Below are positions 1 through 13,578 of a stretch of DNA of 64,000 bases, piece by piece; the first letter of the stretch is position 1, and each line of letters starts with the position of its first letter. The DNA lies in assembly GCA_037379345.1 (NCBI GenBank), contig CM074516.1:5890001-5954000 (forward strand), given 5' to 3'. The translations under genes and the position numbers were made by a program. Under the pieces are notes generated by a model. The model saw only the letters and a list, made by a program, of their open reading frames with translations, was not told the DNA's origin and did not search any database. Source of the DNA: Perna viridis (Eukaryota).

Positions 1-1049
1 CTCTATTGTTTTTGGTGTGATAATACTTACAATGGTACCATGTATTACTTTATCACACAATGCAGAAGTCGTGAAAAAAATAGTGAAATCCTGTCTTCTG
101 TTGTTAAATATGAAGTATTATATTCTATACTTGCCTTTACATTGACTCTCATTAAGCATTTTGACACTAAACACTAAGCACACCATTAGTTGGAACTTGA
201 CTTTTGTGTATGGATTCGGTGGTGAAAAAAATCAGGCAAATTGATGTTAAAGTTGAACTTCTCTTGGGACCACCCCCAAATTTCTTTCTAGATCTGCCAC
301 TGTAAGTAGCAGTGCCTTTAACTCTAGTATTATAACGATTCTACAGTAAATTCAGAAAACCTCTAAATTTTCATTTCCAAAACATTAGAAAAGCTAATCA
401 ATTTGAGCTCTTGGGAGCCCTTATATTTTTTGCACATTGCAAATGGGATTTATTGAATAATTTTATGAGAAAATATGAATTATGAATTTGACTGAGATTT
501 TATGGATATTATTTTACTGCTAGAATTAGATATGTTTATAACAAGGTTAATTCCTCATCAATATATGGAATCTATGATACCAGTCTTATAAGAATCTGGC
601 AGTGTGTGAAACTTTGTCAATCATGATAAATTATTACCTTACATGATTTGTATCATTAGAGCTAAATTTTATTGGAGTAATAAGCCTCTGTGTCATTATA
701 ATTATGAAGTGATATTTTTACTAAAACATACTGAATATGATATGTTCAGTGGCTTTCTTTTGAAAAAAAGTTAACTTTTTTCAAAGGATCAAATTACAAT
801 AATTTCTAGTACCGGAGTATCTGAGATTATTTTTTATGTGAAAGAATCATTGTATTGGGATTTTTATACAACTGCAAAAAATTTTACTCAGTTTTTGTTG
901 TTGATGGATATGTCGATGAATTTGTACCTTAAACCACACTGCACTATGCCAGTCTGGGATAGTTTTTAGGGGTTATCATGGTAAAACAATTTGGGACCAA
1001 AGGAGGACCAGAAACAAACATTTTTTTCTGATTTTCTTGCAATAACTTG

Positions 1050-1164
1050 AGTAAAAAGTAAATTGTACTACTAGGTACAATTCCACAAGTAAAAAGTAAA
1101 TTGTACTACTAGGTACAATTCCACAAGTAAAAAGTAAATTGTACTACTAGGTACAATTCCACAA
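1050..1164. repeat. Perfect tandem repeat, 38 bp x3
   Basis: Unit agtaaaaagtaaattgtactactaggtacaattccaca. Confidence 0.95.
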
Positions 1165-2454
1165 ATAAAATGTTTTCATGGATTAATAGGGTTAAGTATT
1201 TTACATTTTAGGAATTAAGGGCAAAAAGAGGTAAAAAATCAGCATTTTCACCAACTTGGCATCAATTGGTTTTTTCATATTTGCAAATTTTAGAGTACTT
1301 TGATTCAGTAGACAAATTTCATGTTCACCTTTATGTCAAATCTGGTGGAAACTTGTTTATTGTTTCATACTAAACAAAGAAAGAATATTGGATTTGAAGC
1401 ATAGGTGTTAACTTTTGGAAATTTTAAAGTGGGTGATCTCTCTCTCAAAATTTTCTAAAAGCCTAAGATTTGCCAAGTTTTTTGACAGGAATTGAAGTAA
1501 TTTATTATGAAAATTCAAATAAGACAGGAAGAATTTCCATAAATGCAGCTAAGTCTGCCACTTTGATGTGACCACATAAGCGTGAGAAAGCTAAATTTTT
1601 AATGAAATTTTGGGAGGCTTCAGAATCCATCAAGAGGGAGAGTTAACACCTTTGATTTGAAGTCTACTAGAACAGTTATATTTATATAGAAACATGTCTC
1701 AGAACATAAAACTATCTGAAATGCATTTATAATATGTATCATTTAAAAATTCTCTGTTAGATTATTTTCCATCTGCTCCTATTGAAATGATCTTAAGCCT
1801 GTTGACTCCTGCAGATAAACTTGATATGATTAAAGAACTTTTCTGGAATGGAAGTGAATGTTGAAAGTGTCTCATATGGTAAGATTCTTGTCAAACATTT
1901 AATCACAATCCAAATTGAATGGTGTTTTTTATCCGTCTGTAGTTGTATCAAGCTCCACACTGTGAAGCATGTTATTTTGTGTTAATGAATTTTCCTGATT
2001 CTTATGTAGTCTTTGGACTTTTCTGTTAAAAATTTTATAAAGTTCTTTTTATGTATCAAATTGAAACTATAGAATTAATATTTCATGGCAGTTTTTCATG
2101 TGTTGTGTAAAATAACAAATTGCATTATCAAATGATATAACGACCTGCATTTGCATAATTCAATATTATTTAAATTTTAAAAGTGCCTATGTACTTTCCA
2201 TAAAGAATAATGATCAGTCAATCAATTGTAGATGAAAACTGTCATATTTCTTGACCTTTCTTCCACATAAGCATTCATTAAGCTTCAAAAGATTTAATGC
2301 TTAGTCTAGACTGCTGTATGGGTTTTTAAAAGTTTTTTGACACTAAATTTACTGTTTCATGTGGTTTGGCTGGAAATTGTATTATTTAAATTGAGGAGGT
2401 TATGGAATATATCTGGATTTTTCTGTGGATATAGGTGTGTTTGACTGTAGGTTG

Positions 2455-2555
2455 TTTGGATTGTTTTGTGGAAGGATGTGCTTGATTGTAAAAAGGAAAG
2501 ATTTTGGATTGTTTTGTGGAAGGATGTGCTTGATTGTAAAAAGGAAAGATTTTGG
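2455..2555. repeat. Tandem duplication, 48 bp x2, with degenerate flanking copies
   Basis: tttggattgttttgtggaaggatgtgcttgattgtaaaaaggaaagat occurs twice. Confidence 0.9.
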
Positions 2556-2863
2556 TTTAAGGGCAAGGGTGTGTTTGATTGTAAGTAGAAAATTTGTTTT
2601 TTATATTGTTTTGGGGCAACGGTGTTTTCAATTGTAATTGTGGAAGGATTTGATTTTAGGCAATTTTAGACATTTGAGAAAAGATATGTATCCACTCAAT
2701 GCCCACACCAATAAAAAAAAAAAACCAAACAAAAAACAAAAATTTTTATGGTCCAACAAATATTGTGAATGGGTCTAATACACTAACTATCCTCAACACA
2801 ATTTTATGCTTATTATACATCTAACAAAACATGATAAAGATCCATCTTCATGAGAAAATAGTA

Positions 2864-3351
2864 CAGTGCCTTTAAAAATGTGTTTGGTTTAGTCAGATGT
2901 TCAGTTTATCAAGGTTCAACATAAATTGAAAGAGACTTTAAAAAGTGTCTGGTTCAGATAGGTATTTAGATTTTTTTAAGGGTTTTCTCATTTCTTTAGG
3001 GTCTGGTTTAGACAGGTATTCAGATTTCTTTAGGGTCTGGTTTTGACTGGTTTTCTGATTTCTTTAGTGTCTGGTTTTGGCAGGTTTTCAGATTTCTTTA
3101 GGATCTGGTTAAGGCAGGTTTTCAGATTTATTAAAGGTTTGGTTTTGACAGGTTTTCTGATTTCTTTAGGGTCTGGTTTTGGCAGTGTTGGTTTAGACAG
3201 GTTTTCAGATTTCTTAAAGGTTTAGGTTAGACAGGTTTTAAAATTTTTAGACAGGTTTTCAGATTTTTAGACAGGTTTTCAGATTTCTTAAAGGTTTGGT
3301 TTAGACAGGTTTTCAGATTTCTTTTGGGTCTGGTTTAGATAGGTTTTACTG
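2864..3351. mobile_element. TA-flanked CAGT...ACTG MITE (Tc1/mariner/pogo-like) with an internally amplified ~31-33-bp tandem array; left TIR mostly deleted
   Basis: ta|cagtg ... ggtttagataggttttactg|ta. Body homologous to 40871-41045. Array of ggtctggtttagacaggttttcagatttcttta at ~2950-3345. Confidence 0.75.
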
Positions 3352-4287
3352 TACTGAAGATTTGATTTGACCTTGACATGCCCACAAAAATGTCAACCAA
3401 TTATTTTTCAATTAGTCTGTGTTATTTCATAAATTAAAAACCTTAGCTTCTACCTCAATTTATTGTATTGACATTTCATTTGACACCTGTCAATTTTTTT
3501 CTGCATGAAGCTAATTGGTAAAATATGTAATTGAACTTTAGCTTCATAGAATCTAGAACTCTTATTGAAAAATTGTAAAATTTAATCACCCATAAATAGT
3601 TGTCTGCATTATAAGCTATTAAGTCAATGCAGTTCCAGTGCAGTGTCAGTTATCCATTGAATTGGTGCATTTTATATGAGGTGTCAATAAACACTTTCAA
3701 TTGCCCTAATGGAAGTACTCGGATAACAGAATGTTAGAGGTTAATAGAAAGTAAAGATTTATATTTAGAGTTATCTTTCTTTATTCTGATTGCAAGTATG
3801 CAACAGCATGGCTTGTGGCAAATCCAATTCTCATTTATTCCTTTTTTTGTGGTCTGCTGAAATGAAACTTTTCTAATGATTAATATTCAATATCATGGAA
3901 AAATCCCTGAATTGTGACCAGAACAACTAAATTGCACTTCAATTTCTAAGATCATTTGTTTTTCTCCTTTTTCTACTCACATCTTTTAAGGGAATTATAT
4001 ATTGTAGGATTACATACATTCAAGTTATATGCACAAGGGGAGTGTAACTTTTTCAGAGCATTCAGTTTTAAAAAATCTATAATTTAGTACCTGAGCATTT
4101 GATAGAGAATGTGAATAATACAAACCTTTCACCCAAAGTAGATCTATGATATGATTGAAAAATGATGTTTTAAAACTGATTTTCTTTCACTTAAATGTAG
4201 AATCTTTGTTAAAACCACTTTAAATCTACGTTTTGATGAACAAATCACTTACTTCAAATATTTGTTTTACAATTGTATTTTTTTGGT

Positions 4288-4351
4288 TACTAATAATCTT
4301 GTTCTTTTCTAAATTTAGGTAAGAAATTTTTAGTGAAGAAGTTGGGTGAGT
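4288..4351 (+). promoter_or_regulatory. Candidate recursive splice site (AG|GT at 4318/4319) with a downstream alternative donor at 4346
   Basis: tactaat branch-like motif, pyrimidine tract, tttag|gtaaga, then TGG|gtgagt 27 nt later. Confidence 0.4.
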
Positions 4352-4443
4352 AGAAAACATTTCCTTCAGGTCTAGATGCTAGATTTTGGACCATGTTTGT
4401 GGTTGGTTGTTTCACTGTTGATTTCTATATCAAAGTCATGACT

Positions 4444-4604
4444 CAGGCCCCAGTGCCAGAAAACTTGAAAAGTTACTAAAGTTTGACAACATTCTTAACT
4501 GTTGATGACACTATCAATTTAGAAGATGCTGATTGGGGTTAACATGGAAGTTAAGAATATTCTCACACTTAAGGTATTCTTTACATTTGTGGTACTGAAG
4601 CCAG
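4444..4604. mobile_element. MITE with imperfect ~19-bp TIRs (possibly PIF/Harbinger-like)
   Basis: caggccccagtgccagaaa versus reverse complement ctggcttcagtaccacaaa; inner inverted repeat attcttaact/agttaagaat. Confidence 0.55.
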
Positions 4605-4861
4605 GTATCATAATCTCTAAATGTACACAGCCAAAAATGACACACATGAGAATGATATGAACACCACATGATTATCATATGAGGCACATTTGGCTGGTTT
4701 GCGGTTTTGTTGAAATGCCCATTTACTTTAATTTACATAGCTAAGAAGATAGCCATAGATATGAAGGACTAATTTGGACTCAGTGGTGTGTTTGTTGGCC
4801 CTTTTGACAAAATATGGATTCTATTGAATTGCTTTTTACTACTATTGTTAAGTTTCCTTTT

Positions 4862-4935
4862 CCTTTTTTGAACACATTCAGAAGTATGTCCTTCACCTTT
4901 TTGAACACATTCAGAAGTATGTCCCTTCACCTTTT
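4862..4935. repeat. Tandem duplication, ~33 bp x2
   Basis: ttttgaacacattcagaagtatgtcc(c)ttcacct occurs twice. Confidence 0.85.
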
Positions 4936-7900
4936 TGATGCATCTGGCATCTGCAGTGTAACTAATAGTGGAAAACAAGTAAAATGTTTACTGTTGTGGA
5001 ACTGCAACAATGAATGGTCAAGTGCAGATTAATATGACCAATACACATCGGGGAAATGACCAATACATTGAGGAAATTATATCTGTCAATGGACATAAAA
5101 ATGAGGGTATTTTGTAGTATTTACACAATAAAGAAGCAATCAGTAGTTTGGAATTAGATTCTCTGAGTCATCAGGTCATAAAACATTAATACTCCTCATT
5201 ATTACTGATCAGAAATGACTTCTTGGACAATATTCAATTCTAACGATTTTGTCAATATACTTCTGGACACATCTGGACACGAGAAAGTCTTCACAACTCT
5301 GGCTTGATGATTGGATCTTAATTTTCCGTCTATTATCTGATGTTTGTGAGGAAATAAGCAAATGCAGAACCATTGATGATGTTGGCACAAGGAAGTGTTC
5401 ATTTTCACAGTTTATACTTATGCATGCATTTAAATGTTTGACTCGATGCATGTATGCTAAATGTTGTTGATTGAAATAACAAATAAGGGAAAGTTGATTA
5501 TGTTAGCAACCTGATCATTTCAGCTGTCTGATTAGGTTGACTTTAGATTTGAAATAGACAATTAGGAATATTGAATGATGCCATCAGAACACTTTAGTCA
5601 TGACCTTTTGAAAATTTGTTGATTTAATAACCTCCTGTTCAGAGGTAATCTCCCAATCAGAGTTTCAAAGATAATTACATGTACATTCCTTATGATCAAT
5701 AGTAAATACCTGATACATGTGCATACTGTTTATGTGGTCCTAAGCAGACAACCACTTGATTCCAAGGAGTTTGCATAGCAGTTTTAGTCTAGGCAGAATA
5801 TTTATTTTTAAAAATTTGCAAATTGGCAAATTTATTTTCAAATGCTTTATGGCTAGATTATGTTTTTTGATTTATCTGTACAGTGGAAACTTGATGCCAG
5901 ATTTTTTTATTTTCTAGGTAGTGGAGGCAAGAATATTTCTATTTTTATTTTATTTTCAAAAAACTGCTAAGCCCCCTTCAGAATAAAATGGTCAACCCCT
6001 AAGCACAAATGCTAGCAAAGTCCTACTGGTCGGAGTATTGGTATGAACATTATTTCCACTTCCATTAATCTAACACTGAACACATCTGGACATAAAATTT
6101 TCAACTAGCTTCAACTTAATTAGGTTCTAATGGCAAACAAATAATAGCAAATTAGGAATTGTTGATGGCGTTAATATGGGTAGTGTTCATTTTCAACAGT
6201 CTATACTTGTGAATATGTTGAAGTAGAGAGCCATACATTTGCTGACAGCATTTTTGTCCAAAATTCAATCCTGGCTGGTACATAATTATTATGGGTACTT
6301 TTACTAACAGGAAAATGTTCAATGACTTTGACCTCTGAGCTGTAGGTCAACAGTTTGGTTGTATCTTTCATAGGGTATCCTTTCTCAGTGTTTTCTTGTG
6401 TAACAAGGCATTCTGACAGTCCCAGTTTTCCATACATGTATTATCATGATTTTAAAACAAGGATTGGCATGGTATATACAAATGAAATGAGTGCAATTAT
6501 ATGCTGTTACATTCAAAATTGAATTTGTTAATGAACACTGAGACAGCATTACTGCATTTATGATTTTTCAATTGTCACAAGTTTGACATGAACTAATAAA
6601 CAAATTTCTATAAATGGCAGTATTCTCTGTCAGCTAACCCTTTCCTCTAACCAGATAAGGACAAAGACTTCATTCTTCATCAATTTCTACAAGTTTGATG
6701 AATTCTTATCAAAATGAACTGTCACTGCATAGCAATCAGGGATCAATTTTCATTGATGTTAGTTTCAATGCCGATTTCAGTTGAAATGGACATTTTATCA
6801 TTTGGTTATGAATTAATCACTTTAGATCTTGTAGTTCTTTATAGATCAGTGTGTATGGCCTTAAGGACACTGGACTATGGTCAATGATAGCTCTGTTACT
6901 TTGGACATCTGCTGTAGATGCTTGTAATGGACACTCCATGAACTTGATTCCTTGTTTGCAGGATATTGGATACAAATTCCACGTTGATAATTGATTTCTT
7001 TTAAAAGTTCATTATTGATTGCTAATTACATGAGTACTAGGAATGTTAATGAATTAAAATTTGTTAATATCATATCCATAGAATATCCAATCCAGTAAAT
7101 ACTCATTTCCTATAAAAAAAATTGTATTGAGCGCATTTATACAGTTAGAAGATTTGTTGGGGAGTTGTTTTGATTAAAATTCTGTATTCTGTAATGGGTA
7201 ATTTTTTGACTTAAGACCAATGTTATGTTCAGATCTTCATGCTTGAAAATGAAACAAAATTATCAAATGATTCAATATTGTCAATTTGTAATCAGTTATT
7301 AAAGGATGAGATTTGAATTTCTCTCCTCCAAGGAAGAAATACTTGATTTTCTTACCCCCCTTTTCTGTTGTTTTCCTCATTAGTTTTAGATAATAGCTTA
7401 TTGCAGCTATTTGTTGCTTCAGGCAGGAAAAAAAAGAAATTCTGTTGGAAACTTAAATTAAGATGGTTGATGATTCATCCTTTGGTTAAGGCTCATGTCT
7501 TCAGTTGACAAAATACCCCATAATTGGCAGAAATTGACGACTCGGTGGGAAAACACTCTGCCATGCATCGGACACTGGCAATATTAATGAACCAATTTTC
7601 CACAATAAATCATCTTTATGATTGAATTAAAAGAGAGAGACCATACGTTTTTTTGTCTTCATTTTGTCATGTTTATATCTGTTGCGTTTCATTTTTCATA
7701 CATTTTTTATGGCGGAAAATTTGTAAAAATGGAAATAATTTGATAAAAATTGGATTACTACTTGAGAAGAATTATGAGATTTTTGAGATTTTGACATGAT
7801 GAAGTCGTGGAATGGGGGAACCAAGCATAAATGATGTTTTAATTCCTGCCGTAGAATAACACAGTGTTTTTAGGATTATGACAAATTCAGAGGATTTCTG

Positions 7901-8186
7901 TGGCTTCAGTCATTGATTTGGTGTCATTTTGAGAATTCAAATTTGTGATGATAATTAAACACTGTACTAAATGATGCCATTTTTGTGAGAATTTAGGAAA
8001 TAATTAAAAATTTGGAAAAAGAAATCATTTTTCGCTTTTGCTTACTATACAGATTTTTAAGGTTTAAAAATTCTTGGTAGTGTTATTTAGGAACTAGTGA
8101 CTTGAAGCATGATATACTTATTTGCAATTTAGATTTTGAGTGATAAAGTGAGTTTCATTCCTTATTTTCAATATGATGGATTCACA

Positions 8187-8273
8187 ATGGAAACATTTGT
8201 AGATGTTCTAGAGAAAATGTTGAGGTTTATTTCCAAAGACACTTCTCTTAGACGAGTTGGTATTACAAAGAAG
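8187..8273 (+). CDS. Candidate alternative first coding exon: METFVDVLEKMLRFISKDTSLRRVGITKK
   Basis: cacaATGG start context, 29 open codons and a perfect AAG|gtaagt donor in phase 0. A CpG-retaining patch lies upstream (~7530-7860). Confidence 0.55.
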
Positions 8274-8545
8274 GTAAGTCAGATTTTTGGTGGATCCAGG
8301 GAAAGATTGGGAGAGTTAGATGCCCTACCCCATATCTTGGAAATTTCTTTTTGGTTTTTATGCATCAATTGGGCAAAAAATAAAATAAGCAAATACTAGT
8401 CTGAACCCCCCACCTTTTGAATGTCTGGTTCTGACTCCTCCTTTTTTAAAAATAAATCCTGCAGACTTAATGAAACTTTGACATATACAAATACAGTATA
8501 TAAAAAATACTAACAGTGACGTAGCTAGGACTGAATAGATTTCAA

Positions 8546-8667
8546 AGCCACCTCTCAGGGAGGATATAAGTTACGAAGCCAACTCTCAAGGAGGATCTGG
8601 GTTAGAAGGCCATCTCAGGTGGGATCTAGGTGAGAAAGCCATATCTCATGGAGGATCAAGGAAAGAA
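8546..8667. repeat. Degenerate tandem repeat, ~30-31 bp x4
   Basis: aagcca..tctca.ggaggat..... recurs four times. Confidence 0.7.
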
Positions 8668-11600
8668 GGGGGCATGAAAATAATATGCTGAAAGTGTCCA
8701 AGTATAGTGAGGCATAGAAGGCATCCATCCAGAGATTTGGGAAAGTGGGGGTTCCAGAAAAAAGGGGGTTGAAGGCTATTGTTAGGTCAAATTTTTATAA
8801 AAGATTTGCACGAAATTTACAAAATCATCCAACGAGGGGATGGTGGTCTTGCCAATGCATTTTATTTATGTTTAGGATCTCATAATATAATCATATTTCA
8901 TTTATTAAATTCTATATAATGATGGTAATGTTCTAAAAATTGAATTTTCAATCAATTTCTAACCTTTCTGGAGTCTTACAGTATGTAATTCTCTATAATA
9001 ATGTACACAAAAAATAATAACAAACAATTGTGGTCTTGTAACTAAGACAAAATGTATGCATGCTAAATAATGCAGAGTTATCTTTCTTGATCTTGATTGC
9101 TAATAATCGCCTCTTCTACAATATCAATTAGATTCTAATTAAGTCCTAGATGTCACTAAGGCTACAAAGGAAATAAAATCAGTACAAACATACAATAATG
9201 GGTAATTTGGATAAGTAAAATAGATGTTCCATCCCCAACATTTAAGTACCCTTATAGATGTCGTAATTGAAAATAGATCATTAAAATATAGGCCTACTAA
9301 TTAGTGGGCATTCTTTTCTCATTACTAGAGGATTTTTCTCCTAGCAGCATTATTACAGCAATCAAACAACAGTATAATGATTCTAAAGCTTTTTTGCATC
9401 ACTGCAAAGTTATTTCTGATATTTTTCTACATTTTACATCACCATGAGGTTGTTGTTTTTTCAGGAGAACAATTTGAAATTGTTGTTAGGCTTAAAGTAA
9501 AATTTTGAAATGATATCAACTGTCTGTTTTCAATACATTATGCATACTTGTGGTTTCTTTAAGTATTCAAAGAATGATCTGTAGAATTTTTACTTCTATT
9601 ATAATAGGTTTTTGAAATCATTTTAAGAGGTTGATAGACCACTTGTTAATCCACTTATATATTGATCAAGTCTTCATTGGGTTTGAATTAAGCTTCAAAG
9701 ACTTTTCTCTTGTAAAAGAGTACAGAGTAATTGATGGAGGAGAAAAGTACATGTTCCCTATAAACCATACAAACAAAGTTCTGGCAAATGTCCTCATCCA
9801 TCTATGTGTTCTCCTGTCTCTCCCTCCATATTAACTTGGAAGTTTCTAATTCCTGACAAAAATGAAGCAATCTTTAGACCATGTGCTTATTATTTCTAAA
9901 AGGGGAAGTAACCTGATTTAATGTTGTTAGATGATACTCTCACAGTTCTAGTTTTTGCTGTTGTTGGAATGTTATCTATACCAGTAGATATATTGGTGTT
10001 TTTTTTTCATGGAAAATTTGGTATTTGTTGCATTTTTGTTACAAATATTTATGGAAGTTAAACAAATTTATAGCATACAGAAAAAGTATGTTTATTATTC
10101 AGTGACAGAATGAAGTTGGGTAGAGATGGATTGGGTTTTGGAGGTCAGACCCTCCCCTTTTTGTGAAAATTTTTGTTAATATTGTTTGAAATGGTGACAA
10201 AAACAAACAAATAATAGCCTGAACCCCCTTTTTACATTGTATAAATTTCTGGATTAGAATGTCCTTTTAGAAATTTCTGAATCCACATCTGTTTCATCTA
10301 TAGTACAGTTGTAAATGTTCTAGAATCATCCTTCAAATGATTCTGACCAAACTCTAACTTCCATAAAATTGTCAGGAGACCCTACAACATGTGTTGATCA
10401 ATGTGCATAAATTATTTGCAATAGACTAAAATCAATCAATCAATCAACCAATTAAGATCATATGTCAATGATAAAGGTAATAGTAAAGTTATTTTTTTCT
10501 AATTTCATCTTTTGGAAGTGATAGTATTCATATTGTATATATATAATATTTTTTAGGGAGCAGATATCATATCTGAATAAAGTTTAAATTTGGATATGTT
10601 GAGTGGGTTGCAGAAAATGTTATATTTATTGTTATTTTGGTGAACATTTTTCTTTGAGGTTTTGGGACTGTTTCAAGCATTTACACTTGTACAACACAAG
10701 TGCCAGCTCCTAGTGATCTTTATGTCAGAGCCCATCCTGTAAAACAAGTGTTCTGATACAATATATTTAGCTTATGATTAGATGTGACTGCCTGCTTGTT
10801 TCTCTTTTCTTATGAACATCCTGATTTATAATTGGGTGGTTCGATGAACGAGCTCCGAGATGTGCTGTTGTGAAAGATAGATTTTCGATCTTCCTTTTAT
10901 CTTTGGAGGATATGTGCATTATGTGTGTTAACTGCAGATAGTTATAAGATTTTTACTTTCATCTATTGTGCTGTTGGAATCTGGAAGAGTGTTCTCCTAC
11001 TAATTGGAATGCTTGATGAAAAGAAGTGGGGTTACCTTATTGGACAGGATTTCTTGGAAGTTAGTTTGATTTTGAGGCGTAGAGTATTTTTTTTACAGTC
11101 TTTCTTGCATCTGTGAATATGTTTTTAGTTATACTTCTGTTTGAGTCAGTGTTCTTTTTTAGTGACAAAAACAAAGGAGCAGTGTTGTTCTAAGTTTTAG
11201 TGGGAAAAAAAAAATCTATGTACATTGTAGTACATACTGTTTGCTACAATTATCAGTATCAAGATGTCACAAACTTACTTTTCTCATAAACTGTGAAAAA
11301 AAAAAACATGTGGGATTTAAACATATAATAATAAATTGATGACATTATTAAACTTTCACATTGATAGTACAAATGTTTACAAGTTTTAATATATACATCA
11401 GCTGCTGCCATGTATATTCAACCTGCGCACAGAGGTGACATCTTGTAGGACTAGTTGACTCTTGATATTTCTTCACATGATAGATTTCGTCAATAATTGT
11501 TAAATTGTAACATTGTAGATATCACACATTTTCTCTGATTCAGAGAAGCTCCAGTAATTGATAAATTAGTCTACCACATCTGAGAATTGGAGCAGTGCTG

Positions 11601-12302
11601 AATCATTCATTAAAATCTATTTGACTATCCTTGAGACATTGCTACTACTGAAATTGATTTTTATGAATGAATCAGCTGATTGAAGGGGGAATCCCCTTAC
11701 CTCAGTGACCTGTTGTGGTCATAATTGACCTTAATCAATTTCATTGACTGCATCATCACCACAGTAGCCAATGGGCATTGACCTTGTGTTGATGAAACTG
11801 ACCATGATTGCCATATGTCAATGTTTGTGAAATTGACTACTCATTTGTGAAATGTAAATACTCTGTTGAGTGATGAGCAACAAAGTTTTCATTGCTAAAT
11901 GTTCTTCTGAGGAAATATAGAGTAAACAAATGCTTGAGTTGGAGATTTAGCACAATTTATCAGTGATTGATAAAGAAGATGTTCAATTCTTAGATTTCAA
12001 ATGTTAAAACTTTTTGGACCTATAACAATGTTTTTAGATTTATGGATAAGAAATAATTAGATTATCTGGATTTTTAGTTTTTCTTGAGGTGGATTTATGT
12101 GACTTGCCAGAAACAATATGGAACTAAATTAGATAGTGAAGATGATTTTTACAGTGCTAGATAAAAAATCTGGGTGCTAGATAAAAAAAAAAAAAGATTT
12201 TGGATTCTGGTTTTACTTAGCTGCAAAACTCAATTCACAAAAGAAATGCAGGTCTGATAAGTTTCCTTTGAAGTTGGATTATCTTTTGGATTATCTTAAA
12301 AG

Positions 12303-12338
12303 ATGAAAGGTTTACCTAAATACTCTGAGAGTGTTAAG
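12303..12338 (+). CDS. Candidate alternative first coding exon: MKGLPKYSESVK
   Basis: ATG with A at -3, an in-frame upstream TAA, 12 codons and a perfect AAG|gtgagt donor in phase 0. Confidence 0.42.
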
Positions 12339-13426
12339 GTGAGTGATTGCTTTAACAAGGCAGATTAAACATGCCTCTTTTAATAGCAGAGAAAATGCTC
12401 CATAATGCTCTAAATGCATTAAGCATGCTGATTTGACATACTTTAGTTCTTTCAGTGGTATATACACTTTTACTAAGATGCATTGAGCATGTAGATATTA
12501 CCCTTTTATCAGCACTATTTTGCCTCAAGGTTGTAAATGTATATTCTTAGCTTTTGTAATTAGTTAAAAGTTTTCATGATGCAGTTGCATAGCTGCTTTA
12601 TTGAATGAACTGAGAGGATAGTCTTATATGGGTAAGGCAAAATTGAGTGCTGCAGTTCATTGAAAAAATTGGGGTTGAAAATGAAAATTCAACTATTGTT
12701 TAAGGTAAAGTACATGATAAGTTAGTGGAATCATTCTTCATTATCCAATCTTATAGAAATTTAATCTTTCATCACTACCAAAAGACTTCAGTGGAGGGAC
12801 ACTCAATATCTAATTTGAATTAAAGTGTTGTATAACCACAAGGTGGAGGAGTCCTTACAAAATGCATACTCAAGGTATAAATGGATATTCAGTTATAATT
12901 TTCCCAATATATTTAGGATTCAGAAACAAGTCTTTGGAAACTTTCATGTGTTTAAGCTTGCAGTCTATATTGAAAAAAAAAAAAAGAATCTTACCAGTTA
13001 ATGCATTAGGATCTCCCTATTGAGATTTAGGACTACATTATAATTTTAAACGGAAACTTCCAAGACCAAAATGAAAGTTGTAGTTAAGTTTTTATATGTA
13101 GACAAAGATTGCAGTAATAGAGGATTTTTGCAACTGACCCCTACAAATAATTTTCACAACTCTCTCAAGACCTTGATAAGAAAAAAGGATTATGTCAAAA
13201 ATGGCATGTATATAAATAGGGGTTTACTAAGCTTACCCTCCCATAACATTGTGACCAGATGGTTTTAACAATACTTGGAACCAGATGGATCAATTTACTA
13301 CTAATTAATAGATCTATGTTTTGTTTAAAGGGTCAGTTGCCTCATGCTATATGTACTGTACAGGAATATGTAAACATGTTTACTGAAAAGAAGTCATCCT
13401 GTGGTTTGTTGAAATAACCTACTGTT

Positions 13427-13578
13427 AGGGGTTGATTGAGAAAATTTGTGAAAAAAAACAGGGTGGGGTTCCAGGCTAAAATTTGCTCATTTTTGCCAGA
13501 GTTGTGCACAAAATTAACTTAACTTTTAAAAAAAAGGGTGTCTTAAATCTCCAAAACCCTCCCCTGGATCTGTTATTG
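13427..13578. mobile_element. Decayed MITE, same family as 19574-19730
   Basis: Shared interior and cccctggatctg right end. Confidence 0.55.

Noticed and set aside
2476-2580. ATG-initiated phase-0 ORF ending at ATT|gtaagt
   Set aside because: It is built from the 48-bp tandem duplication and is probably chance.
5900-5925. Second AG|GT recursive-like site (ttttctag|gtagtg); also cag|gtaaaa at 37985
   Set aside because: The regenerated donors are poor, and the first appears to lie in a repeat fragment.
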